From positions 11,355 through 75,354 of the IMG/VR virus record IMGVR_UViG_3300042482_000702: 64,000 bases of DNA; one strand, 5' to 3'. Both the position numbers and the translations under genes were made by a program. A model generated the notes under the pieces. The model did not search any database, was not told the DNA's origin, and saw only the letters and a list, made by a program, of their open reading frames with translations. Source of the DNA: a virus. The first letter of the stretch is position 1. The number at the start of each line of letters is the position of its first letter. Below are positions 9,254-18,255 of this stretch, piece after piece.

Positions 9254-9987
9254 TATTTTTTAATCTTTTCAAATAATAAAGCTTCCTTAACAATATCTTC
9301 ATTACCGGCAATAATTTTTTTAAGAACATCCCAATTATTGACTTTATTACTTGGTTCAACCCAATCCCCATTTTTAATCAACATCTTCTTAACTTTTAAT
9401 ATTGTATTTGTTGATTTATTAGTCACAACATTAATTAATCTACAGGTATACCCGGAATTAAGAAAATGAATAATATCTTCATGTTTTAATAAAAACATTG
9501 ATTCCAATTCTATTGAACCTTTTTTTCTACCAACAATACCACCATTAAGTAATTTATTTTGATATCCTCTTGCTAATCTTTTTTGAAGTTTACCAAGTTC
9601 TCTATTAGCGTATTCAATCTCAGTCATAAAAACAGGAATTGCATTTACATTTAATTTGTTATTAATTATGGTTTCCATTTCAATATCAACACAATATATT
9701 GAGACACCTAATTCATACAGTTCAGAAATTAATTCTTTACAATTGAAAGTATCTCTACTTAATCTTGATAATTCACTAACTACAATTTTATTAACTTTAT
9801 TTTCCCGAACATATTCTAACATAGAATCAAATCCTAAACGAGATTTTTTTAATCCACTATCAATATCTTCAAAATAAGACACAACAGACCATTTCTTTTT
9901 ATTACAAAAATCTAAAACATTAGACCTTTGAGACTTCATTTTTTGTTTGCTTGTAGAAATCCTACAGTAAATTACGACTTTATCCAT
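9253..9987 (-). CDS. serine recombinase (resolvase/invertase family, 244 aa)
   Basis: N-terminal VVIYCRISTSKQK catalytic-serine motif, resolvase core; start/stop overlap with neighbour. Confidence 0.8.
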   Translation of the reverse strand: MDKVVIYCRISTSKQKMKSQRSNVLDFCNKKKWSVVSYFEDIDSGLKKSRLGFDSMLEYVRENKVNKIVVSELSRLSRDTFNCKELISELYELGVSIYCVDIEMETIINNKLNVNAIPVFMTEIEYANRELGKLQKRLARGYQNKLLNGGIVGRKKGSIELESMFLLKHEDIIHFLNSGYTCRLINVVTNKSTNTILKVKKMLIKNGDWVEPSNKVNNWDVLKKIIAGNEDIVKEALLFEKIKK

Positions 9988-10005
9988 TTTTTATTTATTT
10001 ATTAT

Positions 10006-11712
10006 TTATTTATTTTTTAAATTAACCATATAAGAACATACCTCATCAAACCAACCATTTCTTTTTGCACCTTTGTAAGCACCTGAGTATAATTTTTGAA
10101 ATTCTGTTTTTGACCTACATTTTAAGGCAATCATTTCAACATTTTCTTTAATATCCCAATGCCCTATACTTTGTTTAGTTAATACCATATGCGAACATAC
10201 TTCATCCAACCACCCGTTTTTTAATGCCGAATTGTATGCCCCCCCGCAATGTTTGGAAAACTCAGACCTATTTTTATACTTCAATGATTCCTTTTTAATA
10301 TCCTCAATATTACCCCATTTTGAATTAAACTTTGGATATATGGAAAACACCTCATCCGACCATCCATTACTTCTAACAATCAAATAAGCTCCGGGACAAG
10401 ATTTTTTAAATTCTGTCTTTGACTTATATTTTTTCGCCTCATCTTTAATATCCTCAATGGTTTTCCATTTCCCATATAATATTTCCATATGAGAACATAC
10501 TTCATCTAACCAACCATTTCTTTTTGCGGATTTATACGCTGAAACATATAATTTATTAAATTCTGATTTTGTGTTACATTTTTTTGCAACCGTTTCAACA
10601 TTTGATTTAATATCCCAATATCCCATATCACCTTGTATTAGGTTTTCTTTAGGAAATAGAATATCCAACCAACCATTTCTATAAGCACCTTCGGATGCCG
10701 CTCTACATCCCCTCGCAAATTCTTTTCGGATTCTATATTTCACAGCTTCTTTTTGGACATTTTCAAAAATATCCCACTGACCACTCCTTAACACCATATG
10801 AGAACAAACCTCTTCTAACCAACCATTTTTGCGAGCAATTGATGAAGCCCCACCTGAATATCTATGGAAATCACTCCTATTGTCAAAAGTTAGCGCAATT
10901 TCTTTTATAGATTCTAAATCCCACATTCTTGAATAACTTCCTAAAGAACCGGATTTGGCTATGTTTACGGGATTGTAACCTAATTCAATGTAATTATCAA
11001 CCCATTTTTGTTCATATTCACCAGCAATATTAACATCAACAGGGGTTTCAGTAATTAATCTAAATATTGGAGAACCATATTCTTTTATGGTCTTAAATAC
11101 AATACAACTTTCAGTATTAAGATGTTCATTTTTCCTTCTTTTATAGTTTTCGGTTAAACCCACATAAACAAGTTTTACTTCTTCCCATATGAACGCGTAA
11201 ATATATCTAGGGGAGTCATTTATGTTTGGAGTCATATGTGAACAAACTTCATCATACCAACCTTTTCTACGAGCAATTTCAGCAACATATTTATGTTTAC
11301 CCTGACAAAAATCACTTCTATTATCATACATTAGAGCAATATCTTTAATCGATTCAAAATCCCACTTACTTTCACCTTTTTTAATCCCACATTTAATAAT
11401 CATATGTGAACAGACCTCATCAATCCAACCTTTTCTTACCGCTTGGAGATACGCTCCAGTATTTTGTTCATTAAATTCTGTTCGTGTTTCATATTTTAAC
11501 GCCACCTCCCAAACAGATTCTTTATTCCAAGAATTATTTCTTTTTTTAATAAGAGGTTGAGTTAATTCATCATACCAACCATTTTTTAGTAAAGAGTTAA
11601 GAATAGAAGTGCCTTGTAATTCATTAAGGTATGTCATATTAGATATACCCACCTTACATCTTTCGTATGTCCAATAACCGTAGGGTTTTTTTTCAGGTTT
11701 ATTTTCTATCAT
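10006..11712 (-). CDS. GIY-YIG domain protein flanked by ~11 tandem NGW.DEVCSHM repeats (568 aa)
   Basis: Central YIYAFIWEEVKLVYVGLTENYKRRKNEHL GIY-YIG core; repeated ~45-aa units ending (K/R)(N/K)GW(L/Y/F)DEVCSHM on both sides. Confidence 0.55.
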   Translation of the reverse strand: MIENKPEKKPYGYWTYERCKVGISNMTYLNELQGTSILNSLLKNGWYDELTQPLIKKRNNSWNKESVWEVALKYETRTEFNEQNTGAYLQAVRKGWIDEVCSHMIIKCGIKKGESKWDFESIKDIALMYDNRSDFCQGKHKYVAEIARRKGWYDEVCSHMTPNINDSPRYIYAFIWEEVKLVYVGLTENYKRRKNEHLNTESCIVFKTIKEYGSPIFRLITETPVDVNIAGEYEQKWVDNYIELGYNPVNIAKSGSLGSYSRMWDLESIKEIALTFDNRSDFHRYSGGASSIARKNGWLEEVCSHMVLRSGQWDIFENVQKEAVKYRIRKEFARGCRAASEGAYRNGWLDILFPKENLIQGDMGYWDIKSNVETVAKKCNTKSEFNKLYVSAYKSAKRNGWLDEVCSHMEILYGKWKTIEDIKDEAKKYKSKTEFKKSCPGAYLIVRSNGWSDEVFSIYPKFNSKWGNIEDIKKESLKYKNRSEFSKHCGGAYNSALKNGWLDEVCSHMVLTKQSIGHWDIKENVEMIALKCRSKTEFQKLYSGAYKGAKRNGWFDEVCSYMVNLKNK

Positions 11713-11724
11713 AATAATTTTTTA

Positions 11725-11732
11725 CAAAGATA
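11725..11732 (-). promoter_or_regulatory. TATCTTTG -7 promoter element for gene starting at 11712
   Basis: Exact motif 13 nt upstream of ATG. Confidence 0.4.
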
Positions 11733-11771
11733 TAATAAAGATTCCATACATCCAAATTTATTTTCAAAAAA

Positions 11772-11855
11772 AAGGGGGCGGGGGGATTTGGAACCGACCG
11801 GAGGGAGTCCGGGTGGTATGTCATCCCCCAATCCTATCTAAAGAAAATGGGGTTG
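11772..11855. repeat. att-like repeat copy B (part 1 + part 2)
   Basis: Part 1 matches 8255-8296; part 2 (CCCCAATCCTATCTAAAGAAAATGGGG) matches 12300-12328. Confidence 0.6.
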
Positions 11856-11887
11856 TATAATTAAATTATTATTTATATCTTTGTAAA

Positions 11888-12316
11888 ATGAAAAATAGTA
11901 TTACAATTTTATTAGATAGATGTTTTGAGTGTGGAACAATAGGTGATGTTGACTTACATCATGTTGTTCCCAAAAGTAAAGGGGGGACACAAATGATTCC
12001 ACTATGTTTATCCTGTCATTCAAAAGTTCACGGAGAACATATGTTAGAAATTAGAAAACTTGCGATGGAGGCAAAAAAAATAAAAATGAATGATTATAAA
12101 GAAAATGGAATACCCCATAATTTTGGTAGAAAAGTTGGGTCAAAAGAGAATAGAGAAACCTTTATGAATAAACAAACAACTAAAGACATTATTTATTTAT
12201 TATCATTCGAAGATAACACTATAAGAGAAATCGCCAAAATGGTTAAATGTTCAACAAGAACTGTTCAAAAAGTTAAAAAAATTATTAATGAATTAAATAT
12301 CCCCAATCCTATCTAA
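11888..12316 (+). CDS. HNH endonuclease (142 aa) with C-terminal HTH-like region
   Basis: CFECGTIGDVDLHHVVPKSKGG...CLSCHSKVHG = HNH motif with Zn-binding Cys pairs; TATCTTTG 5 nt before ATG (leaderless). Confidence 0.7.
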   Translation: MKNSITILLDRCFECGTIGDVDLHHVVPKSKGGTQMIPLCLSCHSKVHGEHMLEIRKLAMEAKKIKMNDYKENGIPHNFGRKVGSKENRETFMNKQTTKDIIYLLSFEDNTIREIAKMVKCSTRTVQKVKKIINELNIPNPI

Positions 12317-12328
12317 AGAAAACGGGGG
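12300..12328. repeat. att-like repeat copy C (part 2), at HNH gene 3-prime end
   Basis: CCCCAATCCTATCTAAAGAAAACGGGGG; the two part-2 copies bracket the HNH gene. Confidence 0.55.
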
Positions 12329-12797
12329 TGGAATCAATAATATCCATAAGACCCTCAACCCTTATACCAACCTTATCATAAACCATATAGTTAATCTCAT
12401 CATTATTTCTTGTATATAAAGTAACATCCCTATGTTCCTTCTCCGTTAATAAGATAGTTGAAGAATACTTACGAAGTAATTCAATGAATCCTTCAACACT
12501 CATATCAGGATTCTCACTCAACTTATCAAAGATAATCTCCATACATAATGACCTCTGAATATAATGGTCATCAACTCCCTTACCCCCACTCTGAATCAAA
12601 CCATCCGATTTTAATCCCGTCTTGAAATACTTAATGTTAGTTAAATCCCATATTGGGTTACGGTTCCTTGAACAGAACTCCTTCAATAATACCTTATCGT
12701 TCTTAACCTCGTTGAATCGTACAACCAAACACTTAAAGTCCTTTAAGGTTTCCTCAATCTTCCGCAATTTTAATGATGATATTTTCATAGACCACAA
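12309..12797 (-). CDS. hypothetical protein (162 aa)
   Basis: ORF; palindromic operator-like site upstream. Confidence 0.5.
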   Translation of the reverse strand: MWSMKISSLKLRKIEETLKDFKCLVVRFNEVKNDKVLLKEFCSRNRNPIWDLTNIKYFKTGLKSDGLIQSGGKGVDDHYIQRSLCMEIIFDKLSENPDMSVEGFIELLRKYSSTILLTEKEHRDVTLYTRNNDEINYMVYDKVGIRVEGLMDIIDSTPVFFR

Positions 12798-12834
12798 ATA
12801 TAATACATTCCTCCATTATAACCAAATTTTTTTT

Positions 12835-12853
12835 ATCCGGAAAATTTCCGGAT
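12835..12853. promoter_or_regulatory. perfect 19-bp palindrome ATCCGGAAAATTTCCGGAT plus two extra half-sites (12864-12876, 12896-12908)
   Basis: Palindrome read directly; TTCCGGA half-sites repeated three more times within 70 bp upstream of gene 12309..12797. Confidence 0.45.
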
Positions 12854-12927
12854 TATAAACCATTATTTCCGGATAGACATTTTAACCCCCTCCTTAACCG
12901 GAAAATAACACCACTCCAAAATGGGGG

Positions 12928-13422
12928 TTATTCTTTACTACGAACTTTACGAGGTTTCTTAACACATCCACAACTATATTCTTTACCGTCATATAAGTGT
13001 TTACCCGTTACAACCGTATTTTTACCACATTCACATTCACATAAAAATGTCCTAAAATACCAATTAGCGTTAACATCATCAGCATTAATAGGGTCAATTT
13101 GTTTTTTAATAGTAAATAAACCAAACTTATCCCCCACCTTCATCTTATTAACCTCATTAACCCATAACCTTCTTTCCTTACCATCTACAACCCACATTTG
13201 TTTCATCATTTCAGGAACAATACCTTTACTACCGTTTTGGTCATAAATTACAACTCCCAAATTCTTTATATTATTAGCGTCTATATATTTTTTAGCAAAC
13301 ACCTCATTAATGAAAGTTTTCTCTCTTTTAGACCTTTCACAAATTAAAGGTTCTGAATACCAAGTAATCGAACACTTACCATCCTTTTGTTTTTTAATTT
13401 CAATACCTTTGTATTTTCCCAT
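12928..13422 (-). CDS. hypothetical protein with C-terminal Cys cluster (164 aa)
   Basis: ORF; CECECGKN...YSCGC putative Zn ribbon. Confidence 0.5.
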   Translation of the reverse strand: MGKYKGIEIKKQKDGKCSITWYSEPLICERSKREKTFINEVFAKKYIDANNIKNLGVVIYDQNGSKGIVPEMMKQMWVVDGKERRLWVNEVNKMKVGDKFGLFTIKKQIDPINADDVNANWYFRTFLCECECGKNTVVTGKHLYDGKEYSCGCVKKPRKVRSKE

Positions 13423-13549
13423 ATCTTATATTTTTTAGTAAAATATACTATATCCCAAAATTATTATCAATTTTTCCCCAAAAATTTTTCCAGAATTTTT
13501 TAAACAAATTTTCTATAAAAGTTTTTTTCACCCATACACAATGTAGAGA

Positions 13550-13700
13550 GGATTATCCCCCCTTTTGACACCCAAAATACCCATATGGGGAGGGGGGATA
13601 CCCCCCCGGTAGGGGGTATGGGGGGTATGTAGGGGGGGGGATGGGAGGGTGTATGGACAAAAAACCCCCTGTAAATAGATAAGGGGGGAGGAGGTATATT
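13550..13700. repeat. G-run island (multiple G5-G9 tracts), G-quadruplex-prone, non-coding
   Basis: GGGGAGGGGGGATACCCCCCCGGTAGGGGGTATGGGGGGTATGTAGGGGGGGGGATGGGAGGG in an otherwise AT-rich genome. Confidence 0.5.
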
Positions 13701-13752
13701 TGGTTTATCCTAATAAAGTTATCAACCTGACAGTATGACATTGTTAATAACT

Positions 13753-14280
13753 TTATTCATTATAGACAATAAAGTTATGAACACTTGGTTGAGCGGGGTA
13801 TAGTCTATCGGGATTACCATACTCTGACTCATAGGTATAAAATCTTTTGAGTTCATCGGGGATGTATGAGTAGGCATTCTTGTAGTGGTCGGCTATCTTA
13901 TTCCTAAAGATGTGCATCTCCCTATCTTGGTTTGCGTATAGTTCCTCAAGGAATCCCCCAATTGAGTAAGTGGAGTTGTATTCATTGTTTGGGTCCTTAA
14001 GTCTTATAGCCCAATAGGGTTGTAATGGAATGTTGAGATAATCGGATAACATATAGAAATCAATGTATAGGTCAATGACAGTAATACCACCATACTTCTT
14101 ATAGTCATCCCCATATTTCCATCCTTTAATGAATGGGTATTTCTTTGATACAGCTTTGGTTGTTATATCAAACCCTTTAGTTATTAATTTATTTTCTTCC
14201 ATATGATATAAATATATTGAAATAATGTTTGTGTATGTAATATATTCTTTGTATCTTTGTACCACAGAATCGGTAATCAA
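13753..14280 (-). CDS. hypothetical protein (175 aa)
   Basis: ORF in low-coding region; Tyr-rich. Confidence 0.4.
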   Translation of the reverse strand: MITDSVVQRYKEYITYTNIISIYLYHMEENKLITKGFDITTKAVSKKYPFIKGWKYGDDYKKYGGITVIDLYIDFYMLSDYLNIPLQPYWAIRLKDPNNEYNSTYSIGGFLEELYANQDREMHIFRNKIADHYKNAYSYIPDELKRFYTYESEYGNPDRLYPAQPSVHNFIVYNE

Positions 14281-14728
14281 TCCGGATGGGGGCGCGACGA
14301 TAGGGTTGGAAGAGTAGACTCCACAGCGCTTTATATTTTTTTATATAAATCCCCCATCCTATTTGTTGAAGAATCCTCAATACGCCTACATACTTTATTT
14401 TTATTTACTGAATTATCTTCATTAGAATTGGGGATTAGATGAGAATCATTTAATATCCCCCCATTTTGGGTTTGTTCTACCCTCCGGATTGGTATCATCT
14501 TCAGTGAATTGGGGGTTTTATTGAGAATAATATAATCATCCCCCGTATATATTCTTACCTCATCCACATTATTCTCATAGAATGGGTCAATCCATTAATA
14601 ATTAAGTAATTGTGGGGGATTAATATGATTTTGTCGTACATTTGTCTATACTTATGTATTAAACAGTTATACTATGAAAAGAATTTTACATTGGTTGAAG
14701 TTGTTGTGGGTGTCTATTAAAGAGACAT

Positions 14729-15079
14729 CTAAGAATTGTCCCCTAGAGACAAAGTGGTAATGTATCTCTCCACACATTCTAATGAGTGGTTTCGTATCTC
14801 CATGTTGAGGTTCTTGTAATCCCCCTCGTTTAGTGGTGTCTCCACATTTATACTCTCTATTACCTTCCACATATCACAATTGATAAGTAGGAGTACATCC
14901 TGCTTGATTCGTCTACCCACCTTTCTATAGGAATATATACATTCCCCAATCCCATAATCCACTATATATAAATCATCTGACACACTGACAGTGGGGGTAA
15001 ATCCGGTTAAATAAGTTCTTGGTACCATAATTGTTAATAACTTTTCATAAATATAGTTATCAACAATTGAGTTGTACAT
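14729..15079 (-). CDS. hypothetical protein (116 aa)
   Basis: ORF only, low-coding region. Confidence 0.3.
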   Translation of the reverse strand: MYNSIVDNYIYEKLLTIMVPRTYLTGFTPTVSVSDDLYIVDYGIGECIYSYRKVGRRIKQDVLLLINCDMWKVIESINVETPLNEGDYKNLNMEIRNHSLECVERYITTLSLGDNS

Positions 15080-15858
15080 ACTCTCAGGGGGGATTGTTGA
15101 TAACTTTTTATGTTAAATTTCTTGTTTTTGACAAAATGTCAGTCTCTCTTCACGATGGGGATAATCCTTTTCCCCCATTTTAATGGTACACTCTTACCAT
15201 CTTCTACCACATATTCCCACCGATTATGGTTCTGTGGATAGTGAAACATCACTTTTTCCCCTCTGAGAGTAGTGTGAGGACTAATTAATTCACTATATAC
15301 ATTTCCCAGTGATTTATGTCAGTTATGGTACATAATGCGTGTGAACCGTTAGGTGTTAGGATGATTACTTCAACGACCCGTCAGGGGTATATAATTGACT
15401 ACTAATGGACGAACTTAATGGTTGTGGAATGGGACACTACAGAGACAGATAATACCATTAAAACTTACCTTTCGTATCAGTCCTGTGAGTTTTAAACTGA
15501 CTACAGTGATACAAAACATAAGTTACCTGAACAGTTACCAATCCGGATTATATTCATTTACATATAATTAACCACTTGTGGTTCCCTTTATATGTGTTTG
15601 CGTATAATCCCCTCATTAACTAACTAATCCTGTCCCTCATTTGTCCCCCCTTAAAAGGGGATTAGTTAAATGGGGGGTAAAATGTATATATGATGAGTAA
15701 AACAATTATAGTGTATGATGTATGGGGTAAAATGATTATATGTATAAATTATTGAGTTTTTTATACATATGGAAGTTGATGTGTATAGATAAATGGATTT
15801 CTTTTACATATATCCGTATTGATACGATTAATTATTTGAGAGATATATTTATATATAT

Positions 15859-16212
15859 ATGAAATTTATTATAACAGAGAATAAAAGGAATCAGATTGTC
15901 ACTGATTGGTTGGATAAGAACTATGGTAATTTAAAACCTGAACAACATAAAATTGCTTCAGTTACGTCTTATGTGGATGATAACGGTGATGAGGTATTCT
16001 CATATGATTGGTATGGATTGGTTACCATACATAACTCTGATTTACAAACAATGTTATTTACCGTATTTAATTTGGATAAGGATAGTTTAAATAGTATCTT
16101 TATACCTTGGATGATGGAGAGATATTATATAAAAGTTAATGATGTTCGGTATACCACTTGGCATTGTAATAAGTGTGGTGAATTTCATCCTACTAAATAT
16201 CATATTGATTAA
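15859..16212 (+). CDS. MKFIITENK-family protein (117 aa) with C-terminal CxxC
   Basis: Leader MKFIITENKRNQIVTDWLDK; family C-terminal block LNSIFIPWMMERYYIKV. Confidence 0.55.
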   Translation: MKFIITENKRNQIVTDWLDKNYGNLKPEQHKIASVTSYVDDNGDEVFSYDWYGLVTIHNSDLQTMLFTVFNLDKDSLNSIFIPWMMERYYIKVNDVRYTTWHCNKCGEFHPTKYHID

Positions 16213-16305
16213 TCCCCCTCGTTTAAAATAGTAAAGGATGAAACTATGAGTGAGTTCCGGAACGGAGTGTAGGAATGTTAACGAGTGGTTTTATACTTTA
16301 GTATT

Positions 16306-16662
16306 TTATTCACACTCTTTAATGTATTTTGGGAATATATCCACCCCATGTCCTGTGAAATTATATATGATATCCCACAGCTCATCTATTAAATTATCGT
16401 ATCTAATCTGTACAGCTTGAGTTTGTGGGAAAAACTTTGTCCCATATCCCCCGATAAATGTTATATCCACCCTGTAGTTATTGTAGGGATATTCCTGATG
16501 TTGTAATTTGGTTCTGTTGTCCGGATGTTTAACTCTTACACCACAGATAATGTCTTGGTTATCCTTAACCAACATCGTATTTAATAACTTCTCCATTGTT
16601 GGAGATAAATCCTTATTTGATTCTTCCCTTAATATTCTTCTTATGGTTGTTTGTAAGTTCAT
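16306..16662 (-). CDS. hypothetical protein with MNLQ-leader (118 aa)
   Basis: MNLQTTIRRILREESNKD leader. Confidence 0.5.
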   Translation of the reverse strand: MNLQTTIRRILREESNKDLSPTMEKLLNTMLVKDNQDIICGVRVKHPDNRTKLQHQEYPYNNYRVDITFIGGYGTKFFPQTQAVQIRYDNLIDELWDIIYNFTGHGVDIFPKYIKECE

Positions 16663-16668
16663 AGTATC

Positions 16669-17232
16669 TTAATAGAATGTTTTTAATTTCATATACGGTT
16701 CCAAATTGTATTTGTCTATAATCTGTTTGAAGATTTGTTGTCTGTGTCTTAAACCTAATGTATTTTTTTGAGTGATAAATCCATAACCAAATCCTGAATC
16801 ACCACTTAATCCCACAACTTTATAATATGGTTGGTCATAAAGTTTTATTGGGTATAATCTTGCTGTGAACTTATACATCATATGGTCTTTGGCTCCGAAT
16901 TTAAAATCCCCCAATTCTTTTTCACCACGATGTTGTAATCGTGTATTATCATTTAGTCCAAGTTTTTCAACCAACGCGTCATGTAGATATAATGACTTTT
17001 TATCTACCGACATATAAGCCAATGGAGTATGAGTATCTTCACTGAACTTCATAATATCACCATCATAAAGAACACTTATTAAATAATCAATCCCACCTAT
17101 TAATTTAGATGTTACGTCTATCCCCAATTTTTTTAACATGGATTTCATAGAATCTTTTTTTGATTCAGATTCTTCGGTTATAAGTCCACCCATCATTTGA
17201 TGTATTCTATTTATATTCTCTTGTAAGTTCAT
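16669..17232 (-). CDS. MNLQENI-RI--MMG leader family protein (187 aa)
   Basis: Leader MNLQENINRIHQMMGGLITEE; homolog of 19151..19618. Confidence 0.55.
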   Translation of the reverse strand: MNLQENINRIHQMMGGLITEESESKKDSMKSMLKKLGIDVTSKLIGGIDYLISVLYDGDIMKFSEDTHTPLAYMSVDKKSLYLHDALVEKLGLNDNTRLQHRGEKELGDFKFGAKDHMMYKFTARLYPIKLYDQPYYKVVGLSGDSGFGYGFITQKNTLGLRHRQQIFKQIIDKYNLEPYMKLKTFY

Positions 17233-17280
17233 AACTATAAATATAAAAAAAAGGGAAAATATTACTTTCCCCTCTTTTAA

Positions 17281-17907
17281 TTATCTTCTTATAAAGAAAT
17301 TATCATCGTCTCTCCTTATCTTCTTCATAAAGGAAAGGTAATCACCTGAATCTCTATATCCTAATGGTAATAATAATGTTGACTTTAATCCTAACTCTTT
17401 TAATCCTAATATCTCATCCACTTGTGCTGGTACAAATCCCTCCATTGGTGTTGAATCTATCCCCTCGAGTGCTGACGCAACCAATGAGAACCCTAACCCT
17501 ATATATGTTTGTTTCTGTGCCCATGTTGTTTTTTGTTCCTCTGACATATTATTGATTGTTCCTATCATCATATTTTTAAAATCATCTAACCCCTCTACAG
17601 GGATGTTTCTTTGTGTTGCCGTATCATTAATATACTTATCCACCGATTCCTCATTTATTGTGTCCCATACAGCAAATACCAATACAGCCGATGAATCCTT
17701 TAATTGTGTCTGTCCGTAGCACGCCGGAACCAATCGTTCTTTTAACTCTTGGTCCTCGATGACAATCACCTGATATGGCGTTAGTCCATATGAACTTGGA
17801 GCCAACTTGGTTACCTGTAATATTTTATCTAATTTGTCTTGAGGGATTTTATCCCCATTCATTTTCTTGGTGGCATATCTCCACTCTAACGATTCTAATA
17901 ATTCCAT
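17281..17907 (-). CDS. NAD(P)H nitroreductase family (NfsB-like, 208 aa)
   Basis: RYATKKM...L.KIL.....APSSYGLTPYQVIVIED.ELKERL matches nitroreductase N-terminal signature; correct length. Confidence 0.75.
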   Translation of the reverse strand: MELLESLEWRYATKKMNGDKIPQDKLDKILQVTKLAPSSYGLTPYQVIVIEDQELKERLVPACYGQTQLKDSSAVLVFAVWDTINEESVDKYINDTATQRNIPVEGLDDFKNMMIGTINNMSEEQKTTWAQKQTYIGLGFSLVASALEGIDSTPMEGFVPAQVDEILGLKELGLKSTLLLPLGYRDSGDYLSFMKKIRRDDDNFFIRR

Positions 17908-17965
17908 AATATATCTTTTTGTTATTAAATATATGATATTCCCCCCGATTAATCAATAGTACGAA
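17900..17965. repeat. ~60-bp conserved 5-prime region, copy 1 (upstream of nitroreductase)
   Basis: CCATAATATATCTTTTTGTTRTWAAATATATGWTATTCCCCCCGATTAATCAATAGTA also at 18812-18880. Confidence 0.5.
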
Positions 17966-17969
17966 TCTA

Positions 17970-18251
17970 TTACCTACCTTCGTATTGCCATAATACCGCA
18001 TTACAATAACTATGAACCGCTCCTTCAGTCATATTGGTTTTATGACAATGTTGTAGATGAATTGGATAATTTAAAAACCCCTCCGGAAACAATCGCCAAT
18101 TGATTGGGTTCTTTGTTATTCTTTCAGGGGCAACCTCATCTAATGTCTCCCCACAATACATACATAGATTATCCTGTTCTTTGATATATTGTATTCTAAC
18201 CTCTCTTCGTTGTTGAGGTTTTAATTTTGTATAATCTGTTGGTAATTCCAT
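17970..18251 (-). CDS. Cys/His-rich small protein, possible His-Me finger/HNH-like (93 aa)
   Basis: CMYCGETL ... HLQHCHKT ... HSYCNAV. Confidence 0.4.
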   Translation of the reverse strand: MELPTDYTKLKPQQRREVRIQYIKEQDNLCMYCGETLDEVAPERITKNPINWRLFPEGFLNYPIHLQHCHKTNMTEGAVHSYCNAVLWQYEGR

Positions 18252-18255
18252 ATTA

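Larger units (their letters stand above)
8250..11830. mobile_element. putative integrative/homing cassette flanked by ~47-bp direct repeats (int - GIY-YIG - serine recombinase - GIY-YIG repeat protein)
   Basis: Direct repeats GGGGGYGGGGGGATTTGGAACCGACCGGAGGGAGTYCGGGT at 8255-8296 and 11772-11815; the first overlaps the integrase 3-prime end. Confidence 0.45.

Noticed and set aside
13553-13741. Pro/Gly/Tyr-rich 62-aa ORF
   Set aside because: It is an artefact of the G-run island read on the opposite strand, with low complexity and no start context.
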